A stretch of DNA of 64,000 nt from assembly GCA_034664165.1 (NCBI GenBank), contig JAXDIE010000023.1, forward strand, positions 2,777-66,776. Direction: 5' to 3'. The DNA comes from Thermoleophilaceae bacterium (lineage in GTDB: Bacteria; Actinomycetota; Thermoleophilia; Solirubrobacterales; Thermoleophilaceae). The translations under genes were made by a program, and so were the position numbers. The notes beneath the pieces are model-generated. The model searched no databases and was not told where the DNA came from. It saw nothing but the letters and a program-made list of their open reading frames with translations. Below, piece by piece: positions 17,745 to 28,300 of the stretch (position 1 is the first letter of the stretch; the number at the start of each line of letters is the position of its first letter).

Positions 17745-17792
17745 TTGCTACCCCCCGTTTTGGGCGATACTCTCCCCCGGAGGAGAGAGAAG

Positions 17793-18971
17793 ATGGCGGA
17801 CACCCGAGCACAGCCGAAGGGAACCGATCGCCAGACCGAACTGGTGGCGCTGGTGGTCGACACCGTCCGCCGGGCTGGCGAGCGGCTGGCAGAAGGGCCG
17901 GCGGTGGTGGGCGAAGGCGTCGACGCAGCCCGCGACGCCCTGGACGGAACGCTCGGCCAGCTGGCGGAGCGCCTGCGCGCACCGGGCGCCCAGCGCGGGG
18001 CAAAGCTCAGCGAGCTGACCGAGCTGGTGGTCGAATGCCATGCCCTGAAGGAGGCACTCGAACGCCAGGTCGGCGAGCGGCGCCTGGGCCTCCTCGGCGA
18101 CGTGCGCCTGGCACTGAGCAGCCTGCGTGGCATCGAATCCCTGCCGGGCCTGCTCGACAAGGCCGCTCAGGTGCTGTGCACGAACGTCGGCTTTGACAGG
18201 GTCTTCGTCTCGCGAGTGATCGACGCGACCCTTGTGGCCGAGAGCGTCTGGTTCCAGGGACACCCCGAGGATGCCAAGCAGCTGCTGGAGCTGTGGCGGG
18301 CACATCCGCCCGAGCTGACCCACGAGATCCTCGAGACGGAGCTGGTGCGCCGGCGCTCTGCCGCCGTGGTGCTCGACCCCGCAACGGACCCGCGGACCTT
18401 CAAGCCGCTGGTGAAGGCCACAGCGACCGGCTCCTACGTGGTCGCGCCAATCGCGCCGGAGGGCCGGGTGATCGGCTTCCTGCATGCGGACCACCACTAT
18501 TCGGGCAGGGTTGTCGACACCCTCGACCGCGACGTCCTGTGGACCTTCGCCGAGGGGTTTGGCTACGCCATCGAGCGCGCGGTGATGCTCGAGCGGCTGC
18601 GTGCCCAGCGCACCCGGATCCGCCAGATGGTGGTGTCGATCGAGGCGCTCACATCGGACCTGGTGGCCGCCGACGTCGAGATGACCGTGCGCGCCCACGA
18701 CTCCGCCGACATGGCGCACGCCGCGGCATCGATGTTCGTGGCGCCGGAGTCGAGGATCAAGGCGCTCCTCACTCCCCGCGAGCTCGAGGTGCTGGCGCTG
18801 ATGGCCGAGGGCGCCACCAACGCGGCGATCGCCAACCGCCTGGTCATCTCCGAGGGCACGGTCAAGTCACACGTCAAGCACATTCTCCGCAAGCTGCGCG
18901 CGGCCAACCGCGCCGAGGCGGTGTCGCGCTACATGCGCCTGACCCAGCCGCGGCCCGGCATTGCGGCTTGA
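17793..18971 (+). CDS. GAF-domain LuxR-family transcriptional regulator (paralog 2)
   Basis: ATG at 17793 follows GGAGGAGAG. GAF-like block ETELVRRRSAAVVLD...APIAPEGRVIGFLHAD. LuxR HTH LTPRELEVLALMAEGATNAAIANRLVISEGTVKSHVKHILRKL. Confidence 0.8.
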   Translation: MADTRAQPKGTDRQTELVALVVDTVRRAGERLAEGPAVVGEGVDAARDALDGTLGQLAERLRAPGAQRGAKLSELTELVVECHALKEALERQVGERRLGLLGDVRLALSSLRGIESLPGLLDKAAQVLCTNVGFDRVFVSRVIDATLVAESVWFQGHPEDAKQLLELWRAHPPELTHEILETELVRRRSAAVVLDPATDPRTFKPLVKATATGSYVVAPIAPEGRVIGFLHADHHYSGRVVDTLDRDVLWTFAEGFGYAIERAVMLERLRAQRTRIRQMVVSIEALTSDLVAADVEMTVRAHDSADMAHAAASMFVAPESRIKALLTPRELEVLALMAEGATNAAIANRLVISEGTVKSHVKHILRKLRAANRAEAVSRYMRLTQPRPGIAA

Positions 18972-18972
18972 G

Positions 18973-20634
18973 CTAGCGGCGGATCGGCGGGGCGTCCGGG
19001 CTGACCGCCGCGCCCGCATCCCAGGCGCGCGGGCGCCCGCCCGGCCAGTAGCCGAGAGTGAGCACGGACATGCTGCCGAGCCACGCCAGGGCCAGGGCGG
19101 CCCCGATCTCGGGGAAGAGCGCCAGGACGCCTGCGCCCACGCCCAGCGTGCCGAGGAATCGGTCCGAGAGCCCCGTCTGCATCGTCTCGTAGGCCAGCCA
19201 GGCAAGCCAGATGCCGAACAGGACCCGGCTCACGACCTCCTCCAGGACGTAGTTGATCCTCAGCAGGCTCGACCCGTCCCTTATCTGGAGCGCGACCGGC
19301 CAGGTCTGATGGGGCGCCGCCAGGAACTGGTGCACCACGTCGGCCAATGCGAAGTAGCCGATCAGCCCTGCCAGGGGCAGCAGAAGCGGCGCGATCACGC
19401 AGAGCGCCCGCAGGACCCCCGAGACAGGCCTGCGGCGCCGGATGGCAGCCCACAGGAACAGGCCCAGCGGGATCACCGCCATGTAGCCGATCAGCTTGGC
19501 GATGCTTCCCAGGAGAAACTCGCCCGAGCCGAAAGCCCGGAACTGATCCGGGAGCTGCGACACCCCGGGCTCGCGCACGCTGACGATCTCGGCCACATCG
19601 GGCGCGCCGGGACCCAGGGCAGACTGCGTGGTCCCAGACCCCCGTGCCAGGTCAATCGAGATGTTCTTGCCACTGGGGGTGACGACCCTCGCGGCCGTGG
19701 CGTTGGCGCTCACGTCGAACCCGTAGGCGTCCTCCTGGTCGAGATCATCGGTCGCGGGGCCTGTGGCCGATCCGAGCCTGCGGGCTTCACCGGTGCCCGG
19801 GTCGACCGCGTAGACGGTCGCCGCTGCCCTTGACCCGCCGCCGGACACCGCCAGCGCGATCACGTCGCCGTCGGGAGCTGCTTCGATGGCCCGCACGGCC
19901 TCTCCCGGCCCCAGCCCGGTGATCGCCACCGGGGAATCAGGCAGGACGGAGCCGTCGGCGACCTTGACGAAGTTCAGCTGATCGTCCCCGCTGGCGATCG
20001 CCGCTACGCCGTTGTCCTCGAGCTCGGCGGTCTCATCCGTGGCGCCCGGCGGCTTGACGGCCAGCGCGAGGCCGTGAACGTCACTTTCGACATCGATGTC
20101 GTGAGGAGCGCCGACGTTGCCGGTCGCGAGATCGACAGCCTGGATCTGGGGCCCATCCGGGCCGGACGTGAGCACCCGGGCGGTCCTGGAGTCGAACGCA
20201 GCGGCATCGAGGCCCACCACCGGACCCAGCTCCCTGCCCAGTGGCGTGTAGTCCTCCACCAACCCCTGGTCCGGGCTCGGCCGTCCGTTGAAGCCCCCGA
20301 CCCGGACGAGGGTGCCCCCCTTCTGGTCGATCCCGATCAGCGTCCGCTCCGTGCCGGGCGCCAGAGGCTGGCCCTTGTCGGGGCGCGGGGTCAGCGGTCC
20401 GGCGGCGGCACCGAAGATCAACGGGCCGAACACGCCGAAGATCGCGAAAAGCAGGCCGAGCGCGCCCACGATCCGCCCCACCCGGCGCTCGCGATCGATC
20501 TCATCGCCGGTCATCTGCAGCGCGGGGCCCTCGCCACGGTCGGGCGCCTCCGGGATCACTGGCTGGCGCTCGGCAGGCGGCTTGGGATTGCGCGGCTTCT
20601 TGCCGCCTGCCTTCTTGCGGCTCTTGCGGCTCAC
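18973..20634 (-). CDS. large membrane protein: basic N-tail, TM, about 300-aa extracytoplasmic domain, C-terminal polytopic domain
   Basis: 553 aa. Its start overlaps the MMPL stop by 4 nt. The middle region is rich in D/G/V repeats (possible beta-rich fold). The C-terminal about 170 aa has multiple TM helices. No family recognised. Confidence 0.6.
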   Translation of the reverse strand: MSRKSRKKAGGKKPRNPKPPAERQPVIPEAPDRGEGPALQMTGDEIDRERRVGRIVGALGLLFAIFGVFGPLIFGAAAGPLTPRPDKGQPLAPGTERTLIGIDQKGGTLVRVGGFNGRPSPDQGLVEDYTPLGRELGPVVGLDAAAFDSRTARVLTSGPDGPQIQAVDLATGNVGAPHDIDVESDVHGLALAVKPPGATDETAELEDNGVAAIASGDDQLNFVKVADGSVLPDSPVAITGLGPGEAVRAIEAAPDGDVIALAVSGGGSRAAATVYAVDPGTGEARRLGSATGPATDDLDQEDAYGFDVSANATAARVVTPSGKNISIDLARGSGTTQSALGPGAPDVAEIVSVREPGVSQLPDQFRAFGSGEFLLGSIAKLIGYMAVIPLGLFLWAAIRRRRPVSGVLRALCVIAPLLLPLAGLIGYFALADVVHQFLAAPHQTWPVALQIRDGSSLLRINYVLEEVVSRVLFGIWLAWLAYETMQTGLSDRFLGTLGVGAGVLALFPEIGAALALAWLGSMSVLTLGYWPGGRPRAWDAGAAVSPDAPPIRR

Positions 20635-23012
20635 CTGTCAAACCTCCGCGCCAGCAGCGGCACCACCAGCACCGCCGCCATCAGGCACAGTGCGAGCTCG
20701 AGCGCCACGAGCACGCCGAACTGACTGAGGACCTCCAGCCGGCTGACCACCAGCACCAGGAAGCCCAGGGCGACGGTCCCGGCGGATACGGCCACCGCCG
20801 TGCCCACGCGCTCGAAGGTCTCGGTGTAGGCGGCGTCCGGCGAACGCCCGGCCGCGCGGGCCTCGTGGTAGCGGGCTTCGAGCAACAGCCCGAACTCGAC
20901 TCCCACCGCAAGCACGAGCGGCTCGAGGCCGACGCTGAGCGGTGACAGACGGAGCCCGAGCACGAGAATCACGAGCGAGGATATCCCAGCTGCCAGCACG
21001 GCCGGGATCAGCGGGAGCAGAGCACGCCTGAAGTCGCGACGGACGGCCATGAGCACCGCGAGGACCGCCGCGAATGCGATGAGCAGAAGCCAGGGCCGCT
21101 CACCCTGGAGCTCGCGGACGCCATCGGCCGCCACGGCCACGAGCCCGGCGGGGGTGGCGGTGATGCCTGGTGGGGCGGTGGCCAGAACGCGTTCGATGCC
21201 GGTGAGGAGCTTGGCCTGCTCGGAGACCGGGAGAAGCGGCACCCCGTAGCTCAGCTCCCCGCGGGTGTGGTCATCGCTGAGCACGCTCGAGATGAAGTAG
21301 GCGGGGATGATCTTGAGCAGGTTGTCCACCTGATCCTGCGTGAGCGAGCCGACCTGGCCGGTCAGCAACAGCTCGGCCAGGCTCGGGCCGGGACGGACGC
21401 CTTGACGCAGGGCGGGGACCTTCTTCTGGACCTCGGCCATCCAGTCCAGCACGGCCGGGGATGTCACGTCCTTGCCCGTGACGGCAACGCGTAGCTGGCC
21501 GCTGGTGCCGAGCTCCTTCTGAAGCGCCTCGACCTGCTTGAGCTCGGGCAGGCCGGCAGGCGCCAGAGCGGCAAGATCCGACTGCACCTGCGTCTGGGCG
21601 CCCAGGATGATCCCTGCGACCGCGGCCACCGCCAACACCGCCAGCACGGCGCGGCGGCCGAACACCCTGATCAGCCCCGCGGGCAGCCGCAGCACCGGCG
21701 GCCTGACGCCGGCTCCACTGCCCGCGGCAAGCAGGACAGGGCCGAAGCCCATGACCACCGCCAGGCTCGCCAGCACCCCCACGGCGAGCATCTCGCCCAG
21801 GCGGTCGACCAGCGGGATGGGCCCCAGGGTCAGGACTGTGAAGCCGACCGCCATCGCCAGGGCCGCCACGCTCAGCACGGGCCCCACCGCTCGCGCGGCC
21901 TGCAGCGCTGCCTCATCCGGGGGCACGCCCTCCGACCGCAGGGCGCTGAAGCGCACCTGGAGCTGAACCGCGAAGTCGACCGCCAGCCCGAGGACCACCG
22001 GCAGGCCCGCGACCGTGGCAGGGGTCAGTCCCAACCCAAGCGGCGCGGCCAATCCCGCCGTGAGCAGCACCGCGCCGGCCGCCAGCAGGAGGGCGCGCAG
22101 CGCGTTGCGGCTGCGGAGAGCCAGGAGCAACGCCAGTGCCATGGCCACCAGAACGATCGGCGCCAGCCGGATCAGCTCTGCGCTGACCTCGGCGCTGACC
22201 GCCGCGGCCACGAGCGGGGCTCCGGCCACGGTCAAGGAGATGTCCTGGACGCTGGCCGAGCCCGCAAGCCGCTGGATCTGGCCCCCGAGCGCCCTCAGCC
22301 GGGCGTCGCTCAGCCCCGCGTCCGGGCGGACCAGGACCAACGCATGCTGGGCATCGGGGAAGAGGAAGTTGAAGCGCTCCTTGGGCGTTGTCGACGGACC
22401 GAACACCAGGGCACGCACGAAGTTGGTGTTCGACAGCGACGGCAGCCCCACGTACCCGAACCGAACGAGCAGCTGCTGGAACTGGTCCTTCACGGGGCCG
22501 AGCGCCTTGAGGCGTGCCTGCTCGGATGCCGCCTGGGCGTCCGCCGGCGTGGCGCCCGCGGCTTCCGCCCGGGCCTGGGCAGCGTCCGCGGCCCGGGCTG
22601 CACGGGTCGCGACCGGGCCGAGCTCGTCGCGCACCACGTTCTCGAGCTGGATCACCGTCTGGTTGATGAAGGTGCCCGGTCCGTAGACGACCTTGACTCC
22701 CGGGAGGGTTGCCACCTTGCCCTCCAGCTGAAGGAGTCCCACCAGGTTCCCGGGGGCCAGGATCTGCGTGGCCAGGTCGCCCTTCGCGGCGATCACGATC
22801 GGCTCGGCGCCGAACTGTGCTTCCTGCGCGCGAGTGGCCGACCCGATCGGCGAGCTGGGACTGGCGAGCAGCTCGGCCGGCGGGGATGGGCGCAGCTGGG
22901 ACGCCGAGAGGCCGGCGAGCACGGCCAGTACCACGGCCACCACGAGCGCGCCACGAGGGCGAGCCACGGCGCGGCCGATCAACCGGTAGGCGAACGCACC
23001 GGCGCGCTCCAC
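20631..23012 (-). CDS. MMPL/RND-superfamily transporter
   Basis: 793 aa. Two blocks of about 6 TM helices are separated by soluble loops, a typical MMPL layout. Starts 8 nt after the mceF stop. Confidence 0.85.
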   Translation of the reverse strand: MERAGAFAYRLIGRAVARPRGALVVAVVLAVLAGLSASQLRPSPPAELLASPSSPIGSATRAQEAQFGAEPIVIAAKGDLATQILAPGNLVGLLQLEGKVATLPGVKVVYGPGTFINQTVIQLENVVRDELGPVATRAARAADAAQARAEAAGATPADAQAASEQARLKALGPVKDQFQQLLVRFGYVGLPSLSNTNFVRALVFGPSTTPKERFNFLFPDAQHALVLVRPDAGLSDARLRALGGQIQRLAGSASVQDISLTVAGAPLVAAAVSAEVSAELIRLAPIVLVAMALALLLALRSRNALRALLLAAGAVLLTAGLAAPLGLGLTPATVAGLPVVLGLAVDFAVQLQVRFSALRSEGVPPDEAALQAARAVGPVLSVAALAMAVGFTVLTLGPIPLVDRLGEMLAVGVLASLAVVMGFGPVLLAAGSGAGVRPPVLRLPAGLIRVFGRRAVLAVLAVAAVAGIILGAQTQVQSDLAALAPAGLPELKQVEALQKELGTSGQLRVAVTGKDVTSPAVLDWMAEVQKKVPALRQGVRPGPSLAELLLTGQVGSLTQDQVDNLLKIIPAYFISSVLSDDHTRGELSYGVPLLPVSEQAKLLTGIERVLATAPPGITATPAGLVAVAADGVRELQGERPWLLLIAFAAVLAVLMAVRRDFRRALLPLIPAVLAAGISSLVILVLGLRLSPLSVGLEPLVLAVGVEFGLLLEARYHEARAAGRSPDAAYTETFERVGTAVAVSAGTVALGFLVLVVSRLEVLSQFGVLVALELALCLMAAVLVVPLLARRFDR

Positions 23013-23020
23013 GGCGTTAC

Positions 23021-24358
23021 TCAGGGCAGTGCCGGGACTTCTTGGAAGTTCTGCTTGGTCGACGGGTTGTCGATGCTGCCCGGCTCCGGGTAGGAGTTGT
23101 GCTCCTGCTTGGTGGTCAGCTTGGACACCAGGCCAACATCAACCAGCGCGTTGTAGGCGTCGATGATCTCCTGCTTGCTCGACAGGAAGTCAGGGCCGGG
23201 CGGGGCGGCAACTGCGTGCACGCGGCCAAGCTGGCCCAGCGCGTCCTTGTAGTCGTTGATCGAGCCGGTGTTGGCGAAGAAGGCGCCGAACTCCTGGTCG
23301 TAATCCTTGAGGTAGGCCACGGCGGGGATCGCCTGGCGGAGAAGCGCGTCAAGTGAGCCGATGGCCGGGTCGAGGTCCTGGGTGAATGGCCGCAGGGCGG
23401 CGAACATCGGGTTGGCCTCGTTGATGAAATGCGGAAGCTCGTCGAAGATCTGGTTGGCGTCGTGCGCCGCTGGCTTGAGATCCCGGATGGCCGGCGAGAG
23501 GTCGGTCGAAGCAACGCGAAGGTCATGGATGACAGGCGTTGCGTTGTCGGAGAGGTTCCCGAGCTTGCCGAGCGTGGTCCTTGCCGTGCGCAAGGTCGGC
23601 GGCAACTCCTGGAAGGTGGAGGCCAGCTGATCGTTCTCGGCCGACGCCGCCTCCGCGGCGTTCTTGGCCTGGACCGCGAGGGTCCTGACCTGCGCGGTGC
23701 GATCCGCGAACGCCTGGAAGGTGCTGGCGGTGTCGTCGATTGCGTGGGCCAGCTGGTCACGCTGGCCGCGGAAGACCTGCATCAGGCGGCCGCCGTCCGC
23801 AACGGTCGGCTCCATCGCGGCGAAGAGCTGGTTGAGGTCCTCGCCGTGGCCGTTGAAGGCCGTGCCGAGGCTCTGGAGGTCCTGGGTCACGTGACGGCGG
23901 GTGGGCGCGTGGAAGGTCGAGAGGATCTCCTCCAGCGCGGTGACCTCCTGGGCGTGGCTGGCCATGAGGGTGCCGTTGTCGGGCACGGCTCCCGCCTTGG
24001 GCGTGCCGGGGTCGAGATCGATGTAGGTCTCGCCGACCAGCGTCTTGATCCGGGGAGCCACGGTGGCGTCCTTGTAGATAGGCGCGACGCTGCCGTCCTC
24101 GAGCTCGAAGGTCACGAGCCCGGCCCCGCTGGGGGTCTGCCCGCGCCGGGTGACGCGGCCGACCTTGACGCCGCCGATGCGGACGTCGGAGTTCTCCACC
24201 AGGTTGAGCGGCTCGGGCAGGACCACGCTGACGTGGTACGGCTCGCTGAGGCGGAAGCGACCGCCCGCCTGCGTGTAGAGGAAGGCGAAGATCGCCAGGC
24301 ACACGGCCGAGAACAGAACGATCACGCCCACCTTCATCTTTGCGTTCTCGGCCCTCAC
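23021..24358 (-). CDS. mceF: MCE-family substrate-binding protein (sixth of six)
   Basis: N-terminal TM (VGVIVLFSAVCLAIFAFL), MCE domain with VRIGGVKVGRV, long helical region. The GTG at 24358 overlaps the mceE stop (GTGA). Alternative ATG at 24337. Confidence 0.85.
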   Translation of the reverse strand: MRAENAKMKVGVIVLFSAVCLAIFAFLYTQAGGRFRLSEPYHVSVVLPEPLNLVENSDVRIGGVKVGRVTRRGQTPSGAGLVTFELEDGSVAPIYKDATVAPRIKTLVGETYIDLDPGTPKAGAVPDNGTLMASHAQEVTALEEILSTFHAPTRRHVTQDLQSLGTAFNGHGEDLNQLFAAMEPTVADGGRLMQVFRGQRDQLAHAIDDTASTFQAFADRTAQVRTLAVQAKNAAEAASAENDQLASTFQELPPTLRTARTTLGKLGNLSDNATPVIHDLRVASTDLSPAIRDLKPAAHDANQIFDELPHFINEANPMFAALRPFTQDLDPAIGSLDALLRQAIPAVAYLKDYDQEFGAFFANTGSINDYKDALGQLGRVHAVAAPPGPDFLSSKQEIIDAYNALVDVGLVSKLTTKQEHNSYPEPGSIDNPSTKQNFQEVPALP

Positions 24359-25620
24359 TTGCCGTCCTCCCCCTGTGCGTAGCACGGCGTCACGTGCTTG
24401 AGGCCCGGGTCCGCGATCGACTCGAAGCCCGTGCTCCCCTGTGTGAGCGCGCCGCGCGGGATGGCGCCGTACGCATCGCTGAACTTGAGCACCGAGAGCG
24501 TGTCCTGGAAGAACTTGCTGAGCGAGGTGTCGAGGCACGGCATGGCCGTCTGCGTGATCCCGTCGAAGCGCGGGGCCTGCGGACGCAGCTGGGTGAAGGC
24601 CGACTCGAGCGAGTCGGTCGTCGGCTTCAGCTCCTGGGAGAGCGGCTGGAGCTGGTTGAAGGCGGGCTGCAGGTCGCGGAGCGCCGGCGTGGCGTCATCC
24701 GAGAACTGCTTGAGGCCGTTCAGCCCGTTGTCAAGCTCGTGAGCGGCCGGCACCAGCTGGCGCAGGGCCGGATCCATCTCGTCCTCCGCCGCGCGGAGGC
24801 TCGTGAAGGAATCCCGCAGGGCGGTCATGGTCGGCGGGAACTGACGGACCGTCTCCGACAGCGGCGAGCTGGCCGAGGAAAGGGATGTCAGGGTCGAGTT
24901 GCCTGCCGTGATCAGCGTGTTCAGCTGGGCGTCGCGCTCCGCAAGCAGGTCGGCCACGTTGCCGAAGTTGGTGATCACGCGCTTGAGCTCGGTCTGACGA
25001 TCCGCCATGACCGTTGTCACGTCCTGCGCCGCGTGGAGGAAGGGCGCGACCTCGGCGAAGGCCGCCTTGAGGTCTTGGCCGTTGCCCGCCAGCCCCGTCG
25101 CAAGCTCGTGCAGCAGCGTATTGAGGTGTGTACGCGTGTCCTCATCGAAGGTGTCGAGAACCCGGGAGATGTCGACCGGCGTCTCGGTCTGCTTCGAGGA
25201 GATGACCTGGGACGAGCCGGACGGGATGGCGCCGGCAGCGGGCGTGCCGCGATCGACCACAGTCACATACATGTCCTGCAGAGGGGTCTGGGGCCGGATG
25301 CGCAGCTGGGCATCCTTGTAGAGCGGGCCGTACCGGGGCACGAGCGAAAGGGTCGCGACGCCCTCGCCGTCGACCGTCCGAAGCGCCTGGACGAAGCCGA
25401 CCTTGACGCCGGCTATGCGAACCGGGTGCTGCCCTGCGAAGACGCCCTTGACGGAGTCGAATGCAACGTTGACGGTGTAGCGCTTCTCGAAGGGCTTCAG
25501 GAACGTCAGGTTGTTGAAGATCAGGACCAGGGTGATGATGGCCGCCATCAGAGCGAACACCAGCCACAGGAAGGGATTGCGCGCGCGCTCGACTTCCAGC
25601 TTCAGACGGGCGGTGTTCAC
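24355..25620 (-). CDS. mceE: MCE-family substrate-binding protein
   Basis: 421 aa. N-terminal TM, MCE domain VRIAGVKVGFV. 4-nt overlaps at both ends. Confidence 0.88.
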   Translation of the reverse strand: MNTARLKLEVERARNPFLWLVFALMAAIITLVLIFNNLTFLKPFEKRYTVNVAFDSVKGVFAGQHPVRIAGVKVGFVQALRTVDGEGVATLSLVPRYGPLYKDAQLRIRPQTPLQDMYVTVVDRGTPAAGAIPSGSSQVISSKQTETPVDISRVLDTFDEDTRTHLNTLLHELATGLAGNGQDLKAAFAEVAPFLHAAQDVTTVMADRQTELKRVITNFGNVADLLAERDAQLNTLITAGNSTLTSLSSASSPLSETVRQFPPTMTALRDSFTSLRAAEDEMDPALRQLVPAAHELDNGLNGLKQFSDDATPALRDLQPAFNQLQPLSQELKPTTDSLESAFTQLRPQAPRFDGITQTAMPCLDTSLSKFFQDTLSVLKFSDAYGAIPRGALTQGSTGFESIADPGLKHVTPCYAQGEDGK

Positions 25621-27011
25621 TTGTCATCAACTCCGATCGAAGCGCCTGCGGAGCTGGTTCCGGCCTGGGCCGTGGATGGGGCACCGAGCGTCTGGTTGAA
25701 CACACTGAAGAGGCGGTCGCACTTGATCTTGTCGTCCGCGGTCGGGTCCACCAGGAAGGTGTTGCAGGGCGAGCCGCCGCCGACGAGGTCCTCGCCGAGG
25801 CCGAGGGTGAAGTTGGCGGAGTGCGCGACTTCGTTGAAGTGCGCGCCCAGCGAGCCGACCGCGGAGAAGAACGGTCCGATGGCCTCGTAGTCCTTGAGGC
25901 CTGTGTCGGCGTCGTACTGCTGGAGGTGGGGCAGGATGCTCTCGTTGGTGCGGTCCACTGTGGGCTGCAGGCGGTTCATGAGCGGCGTGCCATCGTCGGC
26001 CGCAGCCGCCAGCTGGCGCACGGCCGGGTCGAGGTCGTCGAAGGTCTTGTCCGCGCGCTCGAGCATCGGGTCGAGCTCGTTGAAGGTGTTCTGTGCCTCC
26101 CTGGAGGCCTCGTCGAGCCTGCGCGCACCCGGACGGAGGTCGCGGGCCAGCGGATCGAGGTCGTCGAGCGTGCCGCGCAGCCGCGTCATGGTGACCTGGA
26201 CCGAGTCCATGGTCTCGGGGCCATCCTGCACGGCCTGCGAGAGGGCCGCGCCCTGGGATCCGACTGCCTGGAACGTGGTCGCGCCGTTGTCGAGAAGCCC
26301 TGCGAGGTCTGTCTCGTTGCGGCCGAGTGCACGCATGGCCGAGCCGGTCTTCGTCACGAGCCTGCCGAGGTCACCCTGACTCTGGCCCTGAAGGGCGTCG
26401 AGGCCCGGAGCGATCTCCTGGGAGGCGGGGCCGAGCGCGTCGAAGGTCTGATGGGCGGCGCGTCCGGCGAAGGCGGTGCCGGCCTCCTTGATGAAGCCAC
26501 GCATACCCGCGCGCCCGTACTCGTCGAGGGGCTGCAGTGCCTGGTCGACGTCGGTCGCGTAGCGCGTGCGGGTCTCGGGAATGATCTTGCCATCGGCCAG
26601 TGCGGGCGCGCTGGCAGATCCGGGCATGAGGTCCATCTCGAAGAAGAAGCCGAGCAGCGTCCGTCCGTAGACCGTGGCACGCGCGTCGTCCTTCATCTGG
26701 ATCGTCGGGTCGGTGATCCGGAAGCTCACGAGAGCGCCATCACCGTCCGGCTGGCGCTCGACCTTCTCGACGCGCCCGACCTCGACACCGCCGACGCGCA
26801 CCTGCGTGGTGCCCGGGCGCAGGTAGTCCGCGCGGCTGAATGCAGCGGTGTAGACCTTGCCGCCCTTCGGGATGAACGGGATCGATGCAGAGAACATCGC
26901 GTAGAGCACGAGGGCCAGGATCCCGAGCGAGATCGCCCCATTACGGACCCGGTTGGGCCGGTGCTGCCCGGGGACGAGCTCGAAGCGCTTGAAGAAGCCA
27001 CCGTCAGCCAT
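25617..27011 (-). CDS. mceD: MCE-family substrate-binding protein
   Basis: 464 aa. N-terminal TM, MCE domain VRVGGVEVGRV. Confidence 0.88.
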   Translation of the reverse strand: MADGGFFKRFELVPGQHRPNRVRNGAISLGILALVLYAMFSASIPFIPKGGKVYTAAFSRADYLRPGTTQVRVGGVEVGRVEKVERQPDGDGALVSFRITDPTIQMKDDARATVYGRTLLGFFFEMDLMPGSASAPALADGKIIPETRTRYATDVDQALQPLDEYGRAGMRGFIKEAGTAFAGRAAHQTFDALGPASQEIAPGLDALQGQSQGDLGRLVTKTGSAMRALGRNETDLAGLLDNGATTFQAVGSQGAALSQAVQDGPETMDSVQVTMTRLRGTLDDLDPLARDLRPGARRLDEASREAQNTFNELDPMLERADKTFDDLDPAVRQLAAAADDGTPLMNRLQPTVDRTNESILPHLQQYDADTGLKDYEAIGPFFSAVGSLGAHFNEVAHSANFTLGLGEDLVGGGSPCNTFLVDPTADDKIKCDRLFSVFNQTLGAPSTAQAGTSSAGASIGVDDK

Positions 27012-28300
27012 CAGCGGATCGGCTCCTTTCCGACCTGGCAGGGCTTGGGGTAGGCGTTCGAGAAGGTCGGGGTGACGCCCTTCTTGCCGCCGCCGATGGT
27101 CTCCTCGGAGGCGATGACCTCGAAGCGGATCATCTGCATCGAGCCGTCGGTGAAGCCGAGCATGCTCTCCCAGTTGTTGAACATGCGGTCGTAGTCGCAG
27201 CCGCGAGGCGCGAGGACGTTGAGGATCGGCAGCGTGTTCTTGAGGCCGTCCTCGATGTTCGGCAGCACGGGGTTCACCGTGTCCAGGAGGCCCAGCGTCG
27301 GGTTGACGGCGTCGCCGACCAGGTCCAGGGTCCTGTTGAGGTTGCGCAGGCTGGGCTGGGAATCGTCGAGGAGCTTCGAGGTCTCATTGAGCGCGCCGGG
27401 CGCGGCCTGGAGCATGGGCCGGGAGTTGCGTGCAAGCAGGCCGGTCTCGGTCACCAGCGGATCGGTGCGCGCCAGCTCGACACGGGCTGTCTGCAGCGTC
27501 GGCGGGGCCTCCTCGAGGGTGTCCTGGACGCCCTGCTCCTGCTCCTTGAAGGGCTTGAGCGCGTCGGCTTCCGGCGCGAAGCCCTGGCCGATGTCGTCCC
27601 GCACCGGGTCTGCCGCGTTGGCGGCTCCCTGCGAGGAGCTGATGAAGCGCGCGAGGGCGCCATCGAGCGCATTGACCGAGCCGACTACCTGGTCGGTGTC
27701 CTGCAGGAACTCCGGCGCCGCGGCCAGCGTCTTGTTGCCGTCGAAGCCGCGATCGGCAAACCCTTCGCCGAACTCCTTCAGGAAGATCTGGGTCTGGGCG
27801 CGGGTCTTCTTGTCCAGCGACGAGAGCGCGCCGTCGATTGTCACCGTGGCCTTGGTCTGACTGGCAGGGATGGTCGCGCCCTGGGGCAGCCGGGTTCCCT
27901 CCGTGCCCTTGGTGAGCTCGATGTAGCGGACGCCGATCGGGCTTCGCGGGCGGATGCGCAGCGTGGTGTCCGAGAGCAGCGGGCCCTGGTCGGCTGCCAG
28001 CTGAAGCTCGACCACTGCGTTGCCATCGTGCACCGAGGTGTCGGAGACCTGGCCGATGAGCTCCGCGCCCGACCGCACCTGGTAGGTGTCGGTGATGTTG
28101 TCGGCCTCTTCGAACTCCGCGTTTATGTAGTAGTAGGAGCGGCCCGGGATGCTGTTGGCCGCGTTGAAGCCGACGTAGAGCAGGAGCAGCGCGAAGAAGA
28201 TGCCGAAGGCGCCCGTGATGAGCAGGAACGGGCGGCTCTGCGGCTTACCGACCTCGCGGCCGGCGCCGGGAAGGCGCGATCTGAGCGAGGTTATGTTCAT
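27011..28300 (-). CDS. mceC: MCE-family substrate-binding protein
   Basis: 429 aa. N-terminal TM (FLLITGAFGIFFALLLLYV) followed by an MCE domain. Confidence 0.88.
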   Translation of the reverse strand: MNITSLRSRLPGAGREVGKPQSRPFLLITGAFGIFFALLLLYVGFNAANSIPGRSYYYINAEFEEADNITDTYQVRSGAELIGQVSDTSVHDGNAVVELQLAADQGPLLSDTTLRIRPRSPIGVRYIELTKGTEGTRLPQGATIPASQTKATVTIDGALSSLDKKTRAQTQIFLKEFGEGFADRGFDGNKTLAAAPEFLQDTDQVVGSVNALDGALARFISSSQGAANAADPVRDDIGQGFAPEADALKPFKEQEQGVQDTLEEAPPTLQTARVELARTDPLVTETGLLARNSRPMLQAAPGALNETSKLLDDSQPSLRNLNRTLDLVGDAVNPTLGLLDTVNPVLPNIEDGLKNTLPILNVLAPRGCDYDRMFNNWESMLGFTDGSMQMIRFEVIASEETIGGGKKGVTPTFSNAYPKPCQVGKEPIR

